DNA from: a virus
Lineage: Duplodnaviria > Caudoviricetes
IMG/VR virus record: IMGVR_UViG_3300028145_000020
Location: 1-25,417 of that record
Reading direction: 5' to 3' (one strand)
DNA length: 25,417 nucleotides
Numbering within the stretch: the stretch's first letter is position 1; every line of letters begins with the position of its first letter. Shown one piece after another: positions 22,691 to 25,417 of this stretch. A program made the position numbers and the translations under genes. The notes below the pieces were generated by a model. The model saw nothing but the letters and a program-made list of their open reading frames with translations. It was not told where the DNA came from and searched no databases.

Positions 22691-23185
22691 ATGAAATTCG
22701 CATTCGGCATTCTTGTATTGGTGCTGGTGGCTGCGCAGGCCCGCCCGCAGGGCTGCAACGGGCGTGGCAGCGTGTTTGGCTTCCAGAACGTGCGCGAACG
22801 TCATGTCGTCCGTTCTTTCAGCACGGCTCGCGGTGGATGCAGCGGAGTCGCGGCCTATGGAACCGGCTGTTCCGGCACGGTCCAGATGGTCCCTGTTACG
22901 GAATACAAGCCGGTGACTCGCTGGGTGGTCGCCGATCTTCCTCCGAAGGCCGCTCCGCAGCCGATGCCGAAAGGCCCACCGCCCATCATCGCCTATGCCC
23001 CGATTGTCCAGACGGCCGAGCCACCGCTATTCGGATCGAGAATCCGTGCCACCGTTGGGGTTGGCATCCACGGCATCGCTGGCCTGCTATGCCGAGCCAA
23101 ACATGCGATGGTCGCGGTTGTGACGGCGCCGCTGCACCTGCGGTCGAAAGAAGTCCACCGCGAGTTCCACTTGTTCAAGCGTTGA
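22691..23185 (+). CDS. Secreted protein with signal peptide and GCxG repeats, 164 aa
   Basis: AAGGAG SD; MKFAFGILVLVLVAAQA signal peptide; GCNG, GCSG, GCSG; Pro-rich linker; alternative start 22658. Confidence 0.7.
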   Translation: MKFAFGILVLVLVAAQARPQGCNGRGSVFGFQNVRERHVVRSFSTARGGCSGVAAYGTGCSGTVQMVPVTEYKPVTRWVVADLPPKAAPQPMPKGPPPIIAYAPIVQTAEPPLFGSRIRATVGVGIHGIAGLLCRAKHAMVAVVTAPLHLRSKEVHREFHLFKR

Positions 23186-23219
23186 TCCACGAGCAAGCCC
23201 TTTGAGGGGGGCAATCCGG

Positions 23220-23253
23220 CCCGGCTTGTTCGACAGGGAGCAAGCCGGGTTTT
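23220..23253 (+). terminator. Terminator-like hairpin, part of a candidate attenuator
   Basis: CCCGGCTTGTTC-GACAGG-GAGCAAGCCGGG 12-bp stem followed by TTTT. Confidence 0.65.
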
Positions 23254-23267
23254 CACAAGGAGCCAAG

Positions 23268-23537
23268 ATGGCGACGGAACCGAACAACCTGCCTGATGTG
23301 CCGGACTCGTGGAAGAAGTTCCTTGAGCGCGCGATTCTGCTGATATCGCTGTTGTTGAACTTCTACAGCGGCGTGATGTCCAGTTGGAACAACGTCAAGC
23401 TGGGTGGCGTCCAGACCCACCAGGAAGTCAACAGCGTCAAGCTGGACGACGCAAAAGCCGAAGCAGCGGCAGCCAAGATCGAAGCGGCTGAGACAAAACA
23501 GGTCGTAAAGAAAGTTGACGCCAAGCTCGACAAGTAG
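23268..23537 (+). CDS. Single-TM plus coiled-coil protein, 89 aa (lysis-cluster candidate)
   Basis: AAGGAG SD; hydrophobic AILLISLLLNFYSGVM; start revised from 23202. Confidence 0.75.
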   Translation: MATEPNNLPDVPDSWKKFLERAILLISLLLNFYSGVMSSWNNVKLGGVQTHQEVNSVKLDDAKAEAAAAKIEAAETKQVVKKVDAKLDK

Positions 23538-23569
23538 GCCGAACGATTCGCGCCTAAGAGGCACGCACG

Positions 23570-23890
23570 ATGCTTTTGTTATTCGCGGCCGAAGGACTGG
23601 AAGCCCTGGCTGGCGGATCAGGATGGGTTGGCGCTGGGCTGTTAGGGATGGTGCTGGCGTGGTTGCTGCTGTTCCATTTGCCAGCCAAAGACAAGCAGAT
23701 GGAGCGGATGATTGCCGACAAGGACAAGGTGGTATCTGACCTGATGACGCGGCACGAGGCCATTCAAGAAAAGTCTCGCGTGGCCTACCAAGCGACGCTG
23801 GACGTGGTGGTTAACCACTGCGACAAGGAAGTGGAGTCGATCAAGTACATCGCCGAAAAGATGGCGGCGGCCATTGGAGCAAGGACGTGA
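23570..23890 (+). CDS. Single-TM plus coiled-coil protein, 106 aa (holin-like candidate)
   Basis: GAGG SD; GWVGAGLLGMVLAWLLLFHLP transmembrane segment then helical tail. Confidence 0.75.
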   Translation: MLLLFAAEGLEALAGGSGWVGAGLLGMVLAWLLLFHLPAKDKQMERMIADKDKVVSDLMTRHEAIQEKSRVAYQATLDVVVNHCDKEVESIKYIAEKMAAAIGART

Positions 23891-24186
23891 CGGAGAGCAT
23901 GATGCTTGAAACCCTCAAGCTGGTGGTACAGGTGCTGCTGCTGCTCACTGTGGTCATTGTCCCTGTCGCCGAGATCATTTGGGCGCTCAAGATGATGAAC
24001 ACGACCTGGGACATTCGTTACCGTGAGCAGAAGATAAAGCTCGAAGCCGAGGATTTGCAACGTCGTGAGCATGTGCTGCTCGAAAGCTGGGAGCGTCTGC
24101 ACACTGCTCAAGGGAAGTCGATGGAGACGAAACTGGCGGAGAAGAAGCAGGCACGTTCCGATTCGGACCCAAATATGAAGACATGA
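23887..24186 (+). CDS. Single-TM plus coiled-coil protein, 99 aa
   Basis: GTGA coupling; LVVQVLLLLTVVIVPVAEIIWAL. Confidence 0.75.
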   Translation: MTESMMLETLKLVVQVLLLLTVVIVPVAEIIWALKMMNTTWDIRYREQKIKLEAEDLQRREHVLLESWERLHTAQGKSMETKLAEKKQARSDSDPNMKT

Positions 24187-24464
24187 AAATGTACCGCAAT
24201 GAACGCGACAACACCGACATCATGATTCAAACGGAAGCAACTATCGGGAAAAAGCCATTGTGGCTGATTGGCGCGGTTCTGCTGGTGACGATGGGCGTGA
24301 ATGTTTGGCTGGGTGTATCGGCGGCGCAGCGGGAAACCAACGAGGCTAAACGCCACGAGGAGTTGATGCTGGAGGTCAGGGCGCTCAAAATGTCTGCCTC
24401 TCCCCGTACCGATACGGAACGGGGATTTTTCCCGCTTGAGAAACCCAAACGAGGCAATGAATGA
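24183..24464 (+). CDS. Single-TM protein, 93 aa
   Basis: ATGA coupling; LWLIGAVLLVTMGVNVWLGVS. Confidence 0.75.
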   Translation: MKMYRNERDNTDIMIQTEATIGKKPLWLIGAVLLVTMGVNVWLGVSAAQRETNEAKRHEELMLEVRALKMSASPRTDTERGFFPLEKPKRGNE

Positions 24465-24991
24465 AACCCGAACCAGAACTGTTTCCCTGTCCGTCGCGGT
24501 CTTCCGACTTGCTCCCCCCGACGATGCCCCAGCAAAATCACGGCAAGGTTGGCGATGCCGCCAGCGACGCCAGGGCTGCGGCAGTGGCAGCCCGCACGAC
24601 CGCATGGCAAGCATACACGGCCGCGAACACGGTGCTTGGTGATGATGTCAGCCGTTACAACGGTGACATCTCAACGTGGAATGCGGAAGCGCCGACGATG
24701 CCCAACCCGGATTACAACGATTGCTTCAACTTGCTGGCGCAGGCTCATGACGCACTGACGCCGGAATCCGACAACGTGAACAGCGGCTACAACCACGTTG
24801 GCGCTGGTGACACCGATTTCACGAACGGCGACAACTCGCAGAACCCGATGCAAAAAACCATGCTCTACAACTCGGCAAAGGCCCACTACGACGCATGCAC
24901 GACCGCAGCGGGAACTGCTGGGACGAATCACACGGCGGTCGATACGAAGCTCGACGCAGCCGAAGTGATATTGGCTCGACACGGCCCATGA
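24461..24991 (+). CDS. Helical hypothetical protein, 176 aa
   Basis: ATGA coupling, GAGG SD; Ala/Asn/Asp/Thr-rich amphipathic helices. Confidence 0.7.
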   Translation: MKPEPELFPCPSRSSDLLPPTMPQQNHGKVGDAASDARAAAVAARTTAWQAYTAANTVLGDDVSRYNGDISTWNAEAPTMPNPDYNDCFNLLAQAHDALTPESDNVNSGYNHVGAGDTDFTNGDNSQNPMQKTMLYNSAKAHYDACTTAAGTAGTNHTAVDTKLDAAEVILARHGP

Positions 24992-25000
24992 GGTGACATC

Positions 25001-25240
25001 ATGATCGGCTTGGACCAACTTGTGTACGTGATTGTTTTCCTGCTGATTGCGGCACTGGTGATCGGCCTGTTGTACTGGCTAATCACCTATATCGAAGGGC
25101 AGGGCATCGGCCCGCCGATCCTGTTCAAGATCATCAAGATTATCCTGGTCGTGCTGGTCGTGCTGTTCTGTATCGGGTGTCTGCTGCATTTGATGGGGTT
25201 TCCGGTGATCAGGATGCCGGCGCAGCAAGGAAGGTTATGA
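25001..25240 (+). CDS. Two-TM membrane protein, 79 aa (holin-like candidate)
   Basis: GAGGTG SD; two long hydrophobic helices separated by EGQGIGPP. Confidence 0.8.
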   Translation: MIGLDQLVYVIVFLLIAALVIGLLYWLITYIEGQGIGPPILFKIIKIILVVLVVLFCIGCLLHLMGFPVIRMPAQQGRL

Positions 25241-25417
25241 GCGAAACGGCAATCATCGTTAACACCGTTGTCGGGGCCGTGGTCGCCATGTTTACTGGCG
25301 TCATGGCTTACCAGACCCTGAAGCTCAACCTGAAAGCCAAGGACGCGGCGACGAAAGTTGAGGAAGTAAGCCAGCAAGCAAAGGTAGCGGCCGTGGAAGT
25401 CGTACACGTCAAGGAAG
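25237..25417 (+). CDS. N-terminal TM plus coiled-coil protein, partial (runs off the window; not in track)
   Basis: ATGA coupling, AAGGAAGG SD; MSETAIIVNTVVGAVVAMFTGVMAYQTLKLNLKAKDAATKVEEV... Confidence 0.75.
   Translation, partial: MSETAIIVNTVVGAVVAMFTGVMAYQTLKLNLKAKDAATKVEEVSQQAKVAAVEVVHVKE

Larger units (their letters stand above)
1..25417 (+). mobile_element. HK97-like tailed phage/prophage structural (late) gene region, siphovirus type
   Basis: Canonical order terS-terL-portal-protease-capsid-connector-closure-gp10-terminator-tube-chaperone-tape measure; tightly coupled co-oriented genes; no sheath gene; no att sites or host genes in the window. Confidence 0.97.

Noticed and set aside
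22395-22703. Minus-strand 102-aa ORF as the real gene
   Set aside because: The plus-strand 22383..22661 ORF has an SD, fits operon direction and has a more globular composition
22691-22760. Lipoprotein (o-spanin) signal
   Set aside because: The first Cys is preceded by PQG, not a lipobox, and lies beyond an AQA signal peptidase I site
24423-24464. -1 frameshift fusing the 24183 TM protein to the 24461 helical protein at GGATTTTTC
   Set aside because: Not a canonical heptamer, and the -1 frame hits TGA within four codons
72-25407. Many long minus-strand and off-frame ORFs in the track (e.g. 1172..1891, 5364..6014, 8140..8826, 13046..13675, 16040..16669)
   Set aside because: They are shadows of well-supported plus-strand genes in GC-rich DNA, with no recognisable motifs
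1-25417. Alternative genetic code or systematic stop read-through (many genes are separated by in-frame spacers of 3, 9, 12, 21 or 24 nt)
   Set aside because: Core proteins are full length under code 11; TGA, TAA and TAG all end genes; several spacers contain a second stop or a clear SD

Overview
A ~25 kb, almost entirely plus-strand morphogenesis region of an HK97-type siphophage or prophage (GC roughly 60% by eye). Gene order: terminase small and large subunits, portal, ClpP-type prohead protease, HK97-fold major capsid, putative cement protein, a glycosyltransferase-like/SAM-methyltransferase fusion, head-tail connector and closure proteins, HK97 gp10-like protein, tail terminator, tail tube, G/G-T chaperones (clear -1 frameshift), a short tape measure, an antisense Zn-ribbon membrane moron, tail-tip genes, about 11 small or medium fibre-module genes ending in a fibre-tail-adaptor-like gene, then a separately promoted run of small secreted or membrane genes (lysis-like, no endolysin visible) that runs off the window. 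Several protein styles suggest a Planctomycetota host (inference). The most notable signals are three intergenic RNA switches: a capsid leader with two identical-loop hairpins competing with an RBS-sequestering stem, a promoter-leader-terminator before the lysis-like cluster, and a 1:2/2:3/3:4 attenuator-like element. Also notable are a possible rope-and-bead multi-fibre system whose two adaptor proteins share a C-terminal motif, and a candidate virion glycosylation/methylation enzyme in the head operon. All family assignments are from motif recognition and synteny by eye; no database searches were run.
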